DNA of 64,000 nucleotides from an uncultured Planctomycetales bacterium (lineage in GTDB: Bacteria; Omnitrophota; Gorgyraeia; Gygaellales; Profunditerraquicolaceae): assembly GCA_964487475.1 (NCBI GenBank), contig CAZAPM010000004.1, positions 37,755 to 101,754 on the forward strand, given 5' to 3'. Positions 9,664 through 19,063 of the stretch are shown piece after piece. A program made the position numbers and the translations under genes. Below the pieces are notes generated by a model. That model did no database searches and had not been told where the DNA came from. It saw nothing but the letters and a program-made list of their open reading frames with translations. Each line of letters starts with the position of its first letter. Within the stretch, counting starts at the first letter, position 1.

Positions 9664-10079
9664 GAACGTTTCCTCCTTAAGGTGCGCCTGCCTGCCTTCT
9701 CCTGATCCTTGATCTTCTGCCAGTTCCGCATCACCTGCTTCGACGACGAGACTTTTTCCTTGCCGAAGACATGCGGATGCCGGCGGATCAATTTCGCGTT
9801 AAGCCCCGCGATGACATCCTCGATATCGAACCAGCCCGCCTTTTGCGCCAGCTTCGCATGGAACATCACATGCAAAAGCACGTCCCCCAGCTCCTCGCAC
9901 ATGTGCGCCGGATCATCGGACTCGACGGCCTGGATCAGTTCCCGCGTCTCCTCCCGCAGCCCGGGAAGAATGGAGCGGTGGGTCTGCTCTTTATCCCAGG
10001 GACACCCTTTGGGGCTGTGCAGGCGGTCAAAGATCCGCTTCAGCCGCCTGAAATTTCCTTGCCGGCGCGCCGGAGCCAT
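9660..10079 (-). CDS. mazG: MazG-domain nucleoside triphosphate pyrophosphohydrolase (single-domain, ~139 aa)
   Basis: EETRELIQAVESDD ... EELGDVLLHVMFHAKL MazG motifs; start taken at the ATG that overlaps the upstream receiver stop (ATGA); longer ORF N-terminal extension rejected. Confidence 0.7.
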   Translation of the reverse strand: MAPARRQGNFRRLKRIFDRLHSPKGCPWDKEQTHRSILPGLREETRELIQAVESDDPAHMCEELGDVLLHVMFHAKLAQKAGWFDIEDVIAGLNAKLIRRHPHVFGKEKVSSSKQVMRNWQKIKDQEKAGRRTLRRKRS

Positions 10080-10441
10080 CAGGGAAGATACCGCCTGATG
10101 AAACGCAATAGTTCTTCCCACACGAAGGGCTTGATGAAATAGTCGGTCGCGCCCAGAAGCTGCGCCTGCTCGATCTGCGTCAGATGGCCCTTGGCCGTCA
10201 CCATGATCACCGGGACCTTCTCGGTCAACGGATCGCTGCGCAGTTTCTGCAGGAGCCATATCCCGTCGTTACCCGGCATGATGATATCCAAAAGTATCAG
10301 GTCCGGCTTTCCGTTCCGTGCGGCTTCCAGCCCGGAGACGCCGTCATACGCCGCCACCGGTTTATACCCGCTCTTGGCAAGACGCACGCACACCAGATCC
10401 GCCACTTCCTTCTCGTCATCCACCACCAGGACCTTGGCCAC
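10079..10441 (-). CDS. Stand-alone response-regulator receiver domain (CheY-like)
   Basis: 120 aa, VLVVDDEKEV...LILLDIIMPGNDG...VIMVTAKG receiver motifs; GTG start 2 nt after upstream stop. Confidence 0.8.
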   Translation of the reverse strand: MAKVLVVDDEKEVADLVCVRLAKSGYKPVAAYDGVSGLEAARNGKPDLILLDIIMPGNDGIWLLQKLRSDPLTEKVPVIMVTAKGHLTQIEQAQLLGATDYFIKPFVWEELLRFIRRYLP

Positions 10442-10443
10442 CG

Positions 10444-10938
10444 CTATTTACCCGCCTCATATAAACGGCACGCCTCCAGGAAGCACACGATGCCCTTCCC
10501 GGCGGAGCTGATCGCCGCCTGACGTTTCTTCTCCGCGGTCGCCCTCCACTGATGCGCGTATCCGATGTCATTGGCAGTGATAAAATCCTGGTACTGCTTT
10601 TTGGCATCCTCTGCCTGCTTGAAGGAGGCCCGGGCAGAAGAGAGCTCATACAGGGCGCTGCGCGCCTGCACGAAGGACTCCCGCTGCCGCATCTCGGCCA
10701 TATAGGTCTTCTCGAAAGCCTCGGCCTTCTCCTTGAACTTCCCGTACCAGGTATCGTACTGCACGAAGCTGAGAGAATTGGCGTCCACGGGACGGGAGAT
10801 CTCGTCCGCCAGGTCCTTAAGCTCCCTGAGGTCGCGGCCGTACTGCGCCATGTCGATCTCGGCATTCGCCGGCCTTACCGCAACCACGGCGCCGCACAAG
10901 CACATCGCAACACCTGCTGCCAACAGTATTCTTCTCAT
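10444..10938 (-). CDS. Secreted alpha-helical hypothetical protein (signal peptide; possibly DUF1311/LprI-like)
   Basis: Start taken at MRRILLAAGVAMCLCGAVVAVRPANA (AAGGAG RBS); mature part is charged and helical with a C-terminal W..R...C...C pattern; the longer ORF extension upstream has no RBS. Confidence 0.5.
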   Translation of the reverse strand: MRRILLAAGVAMCLCGAVVAVRPANAEIDMAQYGRDLRELKDLADEISRPVDANSLSFVQYDTWYGKFKEKAEAFEKTYMAEMRQRESFVQARSALYELSSARASFKQAEDAKKQYQDFITANDIGYAHQWRATAEKKRQAAISSAGKGIVCFLEACRLYEAGK

Positions 10939-10959
10939 AACTGCTCCTTGGCTATCCTT

Positions 10960-10988
10960 ATTATATCGCACTCCCTGCGGCGCCGCAA
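10960..10988 (-). promoter_or_regulatory. sigma70-type promoter (TTGCGG-N17-TATAAT) for the secreted protein-receiver-mazG-csgG operon
   Basis: minus-strand TTGCGGcgccgcagggagtgcgaTATAAT followed by AAGGAG RBS and ATG at 10938. Confidence 0.5.
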
Positions 10989-11024
10989 AACAAATATGCG
11001 GGCGGGAATCGCGGGCAATGCGGT

Positions 11025-13910
11025 TTAACGGCACAACGCGCCGTAAGGGCACAACGTACACTGCCGGCCGGATGCATCGGCATCGAAAGGTATTCCCGGA
11101 TCGAGTATCTGAGAGAAGAGCGCATCCAGCGCCCTCCGGTACGCCTCCAGGCACTCCTGCCGCGCCGACGCGGAGGAAGAAGGCTCAAAGAGGCTGGAGA
11201 TACCGATCGGCACGGGAGCGTTCCGGACATGATACAGACAGGCGTTATACCCGGGAGCGCGCAGCATGGGTTCCTGTTCCACGAGCATCAGGTAAAAAGG
11301 CAGCTGGAAGGATTTCACGGTATCGGCCAGCGCCCGGCGGTCCGTGCCGCGCGCGGCCAGCCGGGAGACATCCGTGACCGGCATGATATCCGCGCCTCCG
11401 GTCTTGTAATCCAGTATGAGCAGGCTCCCGTCGGGAAGGCGATCGATCCTGTCCACCACCGCCTTGCATGAGAGCTGCCTTCCGGCCCAGGGCATGGTGC
11501 GGATAAGGACCTTTTCCAGGCACACCACCTCCTTGACCTGGCGGCGCGACTCGAACTCCAGGAACTGCTCGAGCACCCGGCGCATCACCGCCCGCATCAG
11601 GAAGGCATCCGTGCGCATCTTCCGGTCGAACGCGGCGCGGAAATTGTCCTCGAAACGCTGCCAGAACGCCTCCCGGAAACGCGCATCGAGGCGCGGGGCG
11701 GATCCGGCGCAGGGGGCGAAGGACTCCTCAAAAAGACGATGGATGAAATTGCCCACGTCCCTGGCCTCCGGCTCATCGAGAAATTCCTCCTTCTCCCTGA
11801 GCGCGAGCACATACTGGAAGTAGAAACGCAGCGGGCAGGAAAGGTACGTATTGATCACGGACGCGGAGTAACGCATCCCCGCCAGCCGCTCCATGACCTG
11901 GGGGGATTTTTCCACCCGGGGGGCATACGGGTTCACCTTGACCCGGAAGGAGGCTTTGGGCGCGGGGAATACCTCGAGCCGGCCCTCCTGCTTCTGCCGC
12001 TCCCAGATCAGCGCTTCCAGGAAACGGCTCTTCTCTTTTTCCGGGCTCTCCTCGTAGATCAGCACGGCGTTGCGGCATCCCGCGAGAAGCCTGGTGAAAA
12101 GATACCGCTGGATCTCCTCCTCCTTTTCCAGGCGGTCCAACCCTAAGCCGATCATGACCTCCCGGGGGATCAGCGGTTCGTAGATCTTCAAAGAGGGCAG
12201 CACCGATTCGTTCAGGTCGGCCACGACCACGGTCCCGAAAGAAAGCAGCCGGGTCTCGAACAATCCCAGCACCTGCAGCCCTTTGAGCGGAGAGCCGGAA
12301 AAATTGACCATCTCATGGGAAAGCTTATCCTTGAGGATCTGGAACATCTCATCCGAAGGGAAGGGCTCTGCCGCGAACCGGGCGCTTTTGCATTCCCTGG
12401 CCACCTCTGCCAGACGGCCGGCCATGGCCGCGTTAAGGGCATATCCCGTCAGGGGGCTGCGCTCGGCCAGGATGTCGACCAGACCCTGCACCCCCTGCGC
12501 GAACCCGGCAAAATCCCCTGCGGACTCGAACTCGCTGAAAAACGCCCGGTGCATCTGCCTTAAGGCGGATACCAGCTCATCCCGCGTCACTTCGGCGCCC
12601 ATGCCTTTGGCGATCTGCATGGTCTCATCGAACAATTCCCGGCAATGCACCACCTCGTCCAGACCTACGAAGATACTGCCGCCGAGGGAACTCTCCCTCT
12701 GCCCCTGAAGGAGCTCTTCCAGCGTATGCACCATCACCCTGGTCACTGCCGCGCCCGCGCCCCAGTCGATGTTCTTGACCAGAGGATGAAAAAGCACCCG
12801 CAGGTAATCCTTGGCGTAATAGGCGCTCTCTCTTCTCGATGACTGGGCCCGGCCGATGGAATCGACCAGCGCGAAAAGGGAACTGCGGCGTAAAGGATAC
12901 CCCAGGGAGACGTTGAAATCCTCGGTGGAAGCGGCGAGTTCAGACACCAGGGGGATCACTCCCTCGGGGTTAGGCATCACCACCACCGCGTCGGAATACC
13001 CGTGTTCCTCCAGTGCCTGGCGCACCAGCCCCACCTGCGAATGCATATCGAACCCCGCCCGGATGGTAACACGGGGGGGTGTCCCCTTTGCGAGCGTCCC
13101 TTTTAGGGACGCTCCTGAAGGGGACACCCCTGAAGCTTCCGGTTCGATGGTGATGCCGAACTCCTTGGCCAGTTCATCAAGAGAGCTCCACTGCGACTGG
13201 CTGCCCTGAAAGAAGAGCGTTGCCCGGTCCTTCTCGTACAACGCCTTGACCAGCGCGCGCTCGCTCTTATGCAGATAGAAGAACCCGCAGAACACTATTT
13301 CCCTGAATTCGTCGAAAGAACGGATGCGCGCAGCGCGGGCTGCGGATTGATACCGTAATCCCCGCGTACAGGCGTGCTGACGGGCAAGGCGCTCATGGAA
13401 ACGCTCGCGAATGGCCACCACGCTGGAAAGCAGCGCGTTGATGCTCTCCGGAACGTCATACCCGATATCCGCCTTCGACTGCACGTTCAGCAGCGCGGAA
13501 GAAGGCACATCCTCGAGATCAAGATGATCGATAAAGGAGACCACTTCCCTGGCCCAGGGAAGGAACTGGGCGAAACGCTCCCTGGAGTGAAGCACCTTGG
13601 GCGCGCATTCCCCCGCGATGGTATAAATGAGATGGCAGGCATCCAGATCGGAGAGCACTGCCGGAGGATCCCCGTCGGCCGACGCATAATCGACGAACTC
13701 GTCGATGGAAAAACACCGCGGAGGAACGAAGACCCGGCCCACGCCGGCAGCCAGCGCCTGCCTCAGGAATAGCGCGGGACGTTTGCCCGGGAACACCACG
13801 GCCAGATCGGAGAAATCCCCCTCCCTGTCCGGGCAGGCTTTTCGCACGTGCGCGGCCAGCGCGGCGATCATATCCTCCTGAAAAGAGAACGCATGCACCC
13901 GCGGCATCAT
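11025..13910 (-). CDS. addB: ATP-dependent helicase/deoxyribonuclease subunit B (AddB/RexB-type, C-terminal PD-(D/E)xK nuclease with Fe-S Cys cluster)
   Basis: 961 aa, C-terminal nuclease with Cys cluster (CTLCPYGALC), 4-bp overlap with addA; contains in-frame 55-nt palindrome at 13076-13130. Confidence 0.7.
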   Translation of the reverse strand: MMPRVHAFSFQEDMIAALAAHVRKACPDREGDFSDLAVVFPGKRPALFLRQALAAGVGRVFVPPRCFSIDEFVDYASADGDPPAVLSDLDACHLIYTIAGECAPKVLHSRERFAQFLPWAREVVSFIDHLDLEDVPSSALLNVQSKADIGYDVPESINALLSSVVAIRERFHERLARQHACTRGLRYQSAARAARIRSFDEFREIVFCGFFYLHKSERALVKALYEKDRATLFFQGSQSQWSSLDELAKEFGITIEPEASGVSPSGASLKGTLAKGTPPRVTIRAGFDMHSQVGLVRQALEEHGYSDAVVVMPNPEGVIPLVSELAASTEDFNVSLGYPLRRSSLFALVDSIGRAQSSRRESAYYAKDYLRVLFHPLVKNIDWGAGAAVTRVMVHTLEELLQGQRESSLGGSIFVGLDEVVHCRELFDETMQIAKGMGAEVTRDELVSALRQMHRAFFSEFESAGDFAGFAQGVQGLVDILAERSPLTGYALNAAMAGRLAEVARECKSARFAAEPFPSDEMFQILKDKLSHEMVNFSGSPLKGLQVLGLFETRLLSFGTVVVADLNESVLPSLKIYEPLIPREVMIGLGLDRLEKEEEIQRYLFTRLLAGCRNAVLIYEESPEKEKSRFLEALIWERQKQEGRLEVFPAPKASFRVKVNPYAPRVEKSPQVMERLAGMRYSASVINTYLSCPLRFYFQYVLALREKEEFLDEPEARDVGNFIHRLFEESFAPCAGSAPRLDARFREAFWQRFEDNFRAAFDRKMRTDAFLMRAVMRRVLEQFLEFESRRQVKEVVCLEKVLIRTMPWAGRQLSCKAVVDRIDRLPDGSLLILDYKTGGADIMPVTDVSRLAARGTDRRALADTVKSFQLPFYLMLVEQEPMLRAPGYNACLYHVRNAPVPIGISSLFEPSSSASARQECLEAYRRALDALFSQILDPGIPFDADASGRQCTLCPYGALCR

Positions 13911-16900
13911 CCCACCTCTTCCATGGTCAGCGTATCGAAGAACACCAGGTATCCTTTCACGGAATGACCGGGATAGCGGCCCGCGGCCAGGCGCAGGTAA
14001 TTACGGACCTGCTGCCGGTACTCATCGGCCCCGAAGGAAGTGCTCTTGTAATCTATCACCGCGGCCTGCGGGCCCTGCCCCCCGGAAGAGACCACCAGCC
14101 TGTCGATACGGAACGTCGCGCCCGAAGCATCCGTCAATTCATACTCGGTGAACACCCGCGCCTGCGCATCCTCGAAGAAGGCGCGCATCCCGCGCTGAGA
14201 AAGCAGCGCTTCGACGGAATCCCGGGCTTTCTGCCACTCCGTAAACCAGGGAAAACGCGGCTTGACCTCCCGGATCGCGCGCTCGACCTCTGACGCCCGC
14301 GCCCCCTCGGGCACGTGCTTTAACGCCCCCATGATCCCGTGCAGCACATTGCCATGCTCGATCTGCGGCCGGCGGCGAAGCTCGGAGGCCATCGGGAATT
14401 CGCCCTTGAGCACCTCGATCCAGTCCCGATAACTGCCCGGCGCAAGTTCCTGCACCTCCCGGGAACGCGCGGCGCCGGCGTCCTTACGCGCTGCGGCGCG
14501 CTCCGCCTCTTCGCTCCCGCGATCCCACAGCGCCGAAGGAATAAGCTCGCGTATGGCCTGCCCGGCCTTTCCCGGCCCCAGCACCACATGCAGCTCCCGG
14601 GCTGCCCGGGTACACGCCACATATATGGCATTGAGCTCATCCTTGACCGCGGCTGCCAAATCATCCGCCCCCATCTGCTTGAACTCCTCGCAGAACACCG
14701 CGTATTTCTTCTTGAAACGCACCCGCATCAGGGAAGTCTCCCCGGCTACGGTCACGGCATCCCCTGCCGCAGGCACGGCATCGAACGCCAGGAAGGGCGC
14801 CACCACCACGGGAAACTCCAGCCCCTTGGCCTTATGGATCGTCATCACTTTCACCGCGTCGCTTTCCGCTGCCGACACGAACATCAGCTCGTCCTGCGCG
14901 CAGGAAAAGAACTCCAGGAAATCGGTGATGCTGGGGTACTGCTCCTCCTGCTCCTTGATCAGCTCCAGCAGGCGCATCACGAACCCCTGATCGTCAGGAA
15001 AACGCTTCAGGCAGCCGAACTTCTGCACCATGCTCACCGTCAGCTCATAGAGCGGCACGAACCCGACGCTCTTAAAGAATCCTTCCACCCACTCCTCCCA
15101 CAAGGCGGGAAAACGGTCGCGGAAGAGGCGGTACAGGGACCCCTCCCCAGTACGCTCCCCGGCGCGCTCGTTCGGAACAGCAAGGCGGCTGACCAGGAAT
15201 CCGTGCACCTCCTCCGCCTTCACTCCGGCACAGGAGGTAAAAAGCTTGCCCGTGATGAACGCGGCGAAAGATACATCGTCCACGGGAGAATTAAGGAACC
15301 GCAGCAGAGAAACCAGCTCCTTGATCAAAGGATGCTGCCGTATATCCAGTGTCTTCTCGGACGCAACCGGTATACCGGCTTCCAGCAGCCAGGAGGTCAC
15401 TGCCTCCACCTGCGCGTTGGTGCGCACCACGAAGGTCACATCGCGCAGCTGCCGGCGGGAAAGAAGGTCCTTTGTCACCAGCTCCACCAGCGCCGCGCGC
15501 AGCGCCTCCTGGTACTCCTCCTGGCCGTCGCTGAGCACCTCCCTGACCCGGACCAATCCCCCGGAATGCTGCGGCAAAGCCTCCTGCAGCGATGCGGAAA
15601 ACCCCCCGGCGATCTCCTGCGCGTCCTGCGGCCGGAGCATGATCCCCTTGCGCTCCTCCCCTGCGAACCACTGCAAAAACCGCGACAAGTTCGCGGGCGA
15701 GAATATCTCGTTGTTGAACCGCACCACCTCCTCGGCGCTGCGATAGTTCACGGAAAGGGTTTCCTGGATATGCTCCAGATGACTGAAGCGGGAGCGCACG
15801 GTATCGATGAGGGACGCGTCCCCGCCGCGGAAACGGTAAATGGCCTGCTTGCGGTCGCCTACGAAGAAGAGCGACCCCTCTCCGGAAAGCGCCTCCGCCG
15901 CCATGGGCTCGAGGTTGAGCCACTGCAGCATACTGGTATCCTGGAACTCATCCACCAGGAAGTGCCTGAACCGCCGCGCCAGACGGTAATACAGTTCGGG
16001 AAGCTCCAGGGACTGCTCGTCAAAAAGCACCCGGGCATGCTTATTCAGCGCCTCCAGAAAAAGCACGTTATCCTTACGCGCGAGCAGGGAGAGCTCCTCC
16101 TGGACCCTGCGGAAGATAGCGATATACGTATTATAGGAGGAGAACGATTCCTGACGGCAATAGGTAATAATGGAACTTCTTATCTGGCCCCAGAGCCTGC
16201 GCACCGGCGCGGGCACCGGCGTCCCTTTGGTAATAGGGAACTCCTCCCAACTGTAATAATTGGAGAGGTCCTCCACCCCGAACGAAAGGGCATGCTCCCG
16301 CAGGAATTTCTCCAGCCCCTTGGCAAAGATCTTATGCGTCTGTTCCGGAAGCGCGGCGTGAAGCTCCTGTAAAAGCCCGAAAAGCTCTTTTTTCTGCGAG
16401 ATCAGCCACTCGGACTTGACCTTGGTCTGCGCAAAAGGCACGGCATAATAACTGCCAGTGAAAAAAAGCTCCTCCATGATGCGCGCGATCGTCTCATGCG
16501 CAAACCACCCCGTATTCTTTTCCAGATAAAGGTACTGCCGCAGAAAATCGTCAAAAAGCTCCCGCACCTGTTCATCCTTGCCGGCCTTGTCCACCAGACG
16601 GTCCAGCGCCTGGCGCACATACACGCGAAAATCCCTCTCCGTACGGAAGTTAGCCGCCAGCCCCAGCTTGAAGGAACACCCGCTTAAGATGGCATTGATG
16701 AAACTGTCGATGGTCTGCACCTGGAAATAATTGTAATCGGAGATGATGGCCTCCATCACCTTCGCGGCCTGTTCCCGGGAGTGTTCGTCCAAGCCGAACC
16801 CCTCGTAGATCTCCCTCCTTTTCTCCGGGGAGGAGAAACGGTCCAGGGAGATCATCTTCAGGAACTCCAGGATACGCGCCTTCATCTCGAAGGAGGCTTT

Positions 16901-17056
16901 ATTGGTAAAGGTGATCGCCAGGATGGTGGCCAGGGGATAGCGCAGCGCCAGCTGCACGTAGCGTTTGGCCAGGGTATAGGTCTTCCCGGAGCCGGCAGAA
17001 GCCTCGACTACATACAGCTGAGGAAATCTGTTGAGACGGGGGTCGCGGGGATGCAT
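13907..17056 (-). CDS. addA: ATP-dependent helicase/nuclease subunit A (UvrD/Rep-family helicase + C-terminal nuclease)
   Basis: 1049 aa; N-terminal Walker A ASAGSGKTYTL (UvrD family), C-terminal RecB-like nuclease region. Confidence 0.8.
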   Translation of the reverse strand: MHPRDPRLNRFPQLYVVEASAGSGKTYTLAKRYVQLALRYPLATILAITFTNKASFEMKARILEFLKMISLDRFSSPEKRREIYEGFGLDEHSREQAAKVMEAIISDYNYFQVQTIDSFINAILSGCSFKLGLAANFRTERDFRVYVRQALDRLVDKAGKDEQVRELFDDFLRQYLYLEKNTGWFAHETIARIMEELFFTGSYYAVPFAQTKVKSEWLISQKKELFGLLQELHAALPEQTHKIFAKGLEKFLREHALSFGVEDLSNYYSWEEFPITKGTPVPAPVRRLWGQIRSSIITYCRQESFSSYNTYIAIFRRVQEELSLLARKDNVLFLEALNKHARVLFDEQSLELPELYYRLARRFRHFLVDEFQDTSMLQWLNLEPMAAEALSGEGSLFFVGDRKQAIYRFRGGDASLIDTVRSRFSHLEHIQETLSVNYRSAEEVVRFNNEIFSPANLSRFLQWFAGEERKGIMLRPQDAQEIAGGFSASLQEALPQHSGGLVRVREVLSDGQEEYQEALRAALVELVTKDLLSRRQLRDVTFVVRTNAQVEAVTSWLLEAGIPVASEKTLDIRQHPLIKELVSLLRFLNSPVDDVSFAAFITGKLFTSCAGVKAEEVHGFLVSRLAVPNERAGERTGEGSLYRLFRDRFPALWEEWVEGFFKSVGFVPLYELTVSMVQKFGCLKRFPDDQGFVMRLLELIKEQEEQYPSITDFLEFFSCAQDELMFVSAAESDAVKVMTIHKAKGLEFPVVVAPFLAFDAVPAAGDAVTVAGETSLMRVRFKKKYAVFCEEFKQMGADDLAAAVKDELNAIYVACTRAARELHVVLGPGKAGQAIRELIPSALWDRGSEEAERAAARKDAGAARSREVQELAPGSYRDWIEVLKGEFPMASELRRRPQIEHGNVLHGIMGALKHVPEGARASEVERAIREVKPRFPWFTEWQKARDSVEALLSQRGMRAFFEDAQARVFTEYELTDASGATFRIDRLVVSSGGQGPQAAVIDYKSTSFGADEYRQQVRNYLRLAAGRYPGHSVKGYLVFFDTLTMEEVG

Positions 17057-17069
17057 TCGCTTATTTGGC

Positions 17070-17097
17070 TTGACAAAGCACTAAATTACAGTATACT
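17070..17097 (+). promoter_or_regulatory. consensus sigma70 promoter TTGACA-N16-TATACT upstream of rpmB
   Basis: ggcTTGACAaagcactaaattacagTATACTtaaactc...GGAGGaaaaaATG. Confidence 0.6.
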
Positions 17098-17125
17098 TAA
17101 ACTCTATTGTACGCTGGAGGAAAAA

Positions 17126-17383
17126 ATGTTAAAAATATGCTTCAAATGCCACAAAAAAGATCAGGTCGGCAAAGCCGTATCCAGAAAAGGTCTGGCCAAG
17201 AAAAAGGGCGGCACCGGAAGCAAGATCTGCCGGTCCAATAAGCGCGAATTCCTTCCCAATCTGCAGAAAATGCGCATTTTGATCGAAGGACATCCCCGCA
17301 AGGTCTTTTTGTGCACCAAGTGCATCAAGAAAGGCGGCTTTATCAAAGCTGCCGTTTCCCGCCGCATCGTTACCGCACAATAA
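17126..17383 (+). CDS. rpmB: 50S ribosomal protein L28-like (zinc-ribbon form with N-terminal insertion)
   Basis: C-terminal half matches L28 (SNKREFLPNLQKMRI...CTKCIKKG); GGAGG RBS 6 nt upstream of ATG; start taken at the first ATG after the RBS, inside the larger ORF 16781-17383. Confidence 0.6.
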   Translation: MLKICFKCHKKDQVGKAVSRKGLAKKKGGTGSKICRSNKREFLPNLQKMRILIEGHPRKVFLCTKCIKKGGFIKAAVSRRIVTAQ

Positions 17384-19055
17384 TCTCTTCTGCTTCCAGG
17401 ATCACGGAGTCATCTCCCTGCCAGGAATCGATCTTAGGGGTATAGATGAGGTCAACTGACGCGGCAGCCGCAAGGCTGTCGCGTAAGTTGGCCATGCCGA
17501 ACCCTATCACCGGCAGGGTCACCTTACCGTCAGTCGCCCAGAATTTGAGGGTCTCCCTGGCCAGCGCCTGCGGGGTCCCCTTTACGGAAAGGCCCCCGCA
17601 CCAGAATAACGGCTGGGGGTTACCCGCGCCGAAAGGCTCCAGCCGTCCGATCTCCCGGGAAAGCTCCGGGGTCACCTGATGCAGGAAAAGCTCCATATCC
17701 GCCTCGATCGCCGGCAGCAGATCCTCCACGGTCATGGTCTCGTGCGCAAAACGGTTGATACGCTCCTTGAACTGCGCGATATTACCCTTCTCCACCGTCA
17801 GGCCCACGGCATGGCTGTGGCCTCCGAACTCCCGCAGGGTATCCGCGCACTCCTTCAACGCATGGAACAGATGAAAGTTCTTTATGGAACGGCCTGACCC
17901 TTTGCACCCTTCCTCGCCCTTGGAGATCACGATCGTGGGCCGGTAAAAACGGTCCGCCAGTTTGGACGCCACCACTCCCAGCACGCCGTGGTGCCAGTCC
18001 TCCTTCGCCACCACGATCACCTTCTCCTTGCGGAAATCCACCTCCCGCTCGATCATGGCCAGCGCCTCTTCCATGATCCGGCCTTCCACCTTCTGCCTCT
18101 GCCGGTTGAACTGCTCGATAGCCGAAGCCAGGATATCCGCTTCCTGCGGATGCCGGCTCATCAAAAGCTGCAGCGCCACATCCGCGGTATCCATCCTGCC
18201 GCTGGCATTGATGCGCGGCCCGAGGATGTAACTTACCGCGGTGGTGCTGAGCTTCTGCCCCATCCTGCTGGACTGCATCAGGGCCCGCAGCCCCACGCGG
18301 GTAGTACGGGAGAGCACGGAAAGGCCGAGGGACGCGATAGCCCGGTTCTCATCCACCAGCGGCACCACATCCGCGATGGTCCCCAGCGCCACCAGATCCA
18401 GATCATCGGTCAGGGGATCTCCGCAGAGCGCCTGCGCCAGCTTGAAGGCTACCCCCACGCCGGCCAGCTCGCGGAAAGGATACCCGCTGCCTTCGAGTTT
18501 CGGGTTGATGATCGCATCCGCCGCCGGAAGCCCCGCCAGGGACGGCTCATGATGGTCGGTGACGATCACGGAGATGCCCGACGCCTTAAGCTGCGCGATC
18601 TCTTCGTGATTGGAAGTGCCGCAGTCTGCGGTGATCACCAGGGAAACGCCCTTCTCCCTGGCAAAGGTGACGACCTTATGGTTCAGGCCGTATCCGTCCT
18701 TGACGCGGTGGGGAAGATAATACTCCGGAGTCGTGCCCAGACGAAGCAGGGCGTGCGTGAGCACCGCCAGGCTGGTGATACCGTCGACGTCATAATCCCC
18801 GGCCACCAGCACCTTGCCTCCCGCAGCCAGGGTTTCCCTGACCAGGGAAACGGCTTTAGGCATATCCTTGAAAAGGGAAGGATCGTGCAAACAGGAGATA
18901 CCGGCGTCCAGGAACCGCTTCCCCTCTTCGGGAGTGCGGATACCGCGGTGCAGGAGCAGCTGCGCCAGTACGGGGGAGATGCCCAGCGCCCGGGAGAGCG
19001 CATCGGCCAAAGGAGGATCGCAGGAACGGATAGATACTAGTTTTGATCCCGGCAT
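17370..19055 (-). CDS. recJ: Single-stranded-DNA-specific exonuclease RecJ (DHH/DHHA1)
   Basis: DHH motif (VIVTDHHEP), DHHA1 region; start taken at MPGSKLVSIRS, 8 nt after the argS stop; the longer ORF runs 110 bp into argS and is rejected. Confidence 0.85.
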   Translation of the reverse strand: MPGSKLVSIRSCDPPLADALSRALGISPVLAQLLLHRGIRTPEEGKRFLDAGISCLHDPSLFKDMPKAVSLVRETLAAGGKVLVAGDYDVDGITSLAVLTHALLRLGTTPEYYLPHRVKDGYGLNHKVVTFAREKGVSLVITADCGTSNHEEIAQLKASGISVIVTDHHEPSLAGLPAADAIINPKLEGSGYPFRELAGVGVAFKLAQALCGDPLTDDLDLVALGTIADVVPLVDENRAIASLGLSVLSRTTRVGLRALMQSSRMGQKLSTTAVSYILGPRINASGRMDTADVALQLLMSRHPQEADILASAIEQFNRQRQKVEGRIMEEALAMIEREVDFRKEKVIVVAKEDWHHGVLGVVASKLADRFYRPTIVISKGEEGCKGSGRSIKNFHLFHALKECADTLREFGGHSHAVGLTVEKGNIAQFKERINRFAHETMTVEDLLPAIEADMELFLHQVTPELSREIGRLEPFGAGNPQPLFWCGGLSVKGTPQALARETLKFWATDGKVTLPVIGFGMANLRDSLAAAASVDLIYTPKIDSWQGDDSVILEAEEIIVR

Positions 19056-19063
19056 CGGGGGCT

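Noticed and set aside
10977-10986. GCGGCGCCGC palindrome downstream of addB, considered as a terminator.
   Set aside because: The stem is short. On the minus strand the T-run precedes the stem rather than following it. On the plus strand an A-run follows the stem. The palindrome instead overlaps the -35 region of the downstream operon promoter.
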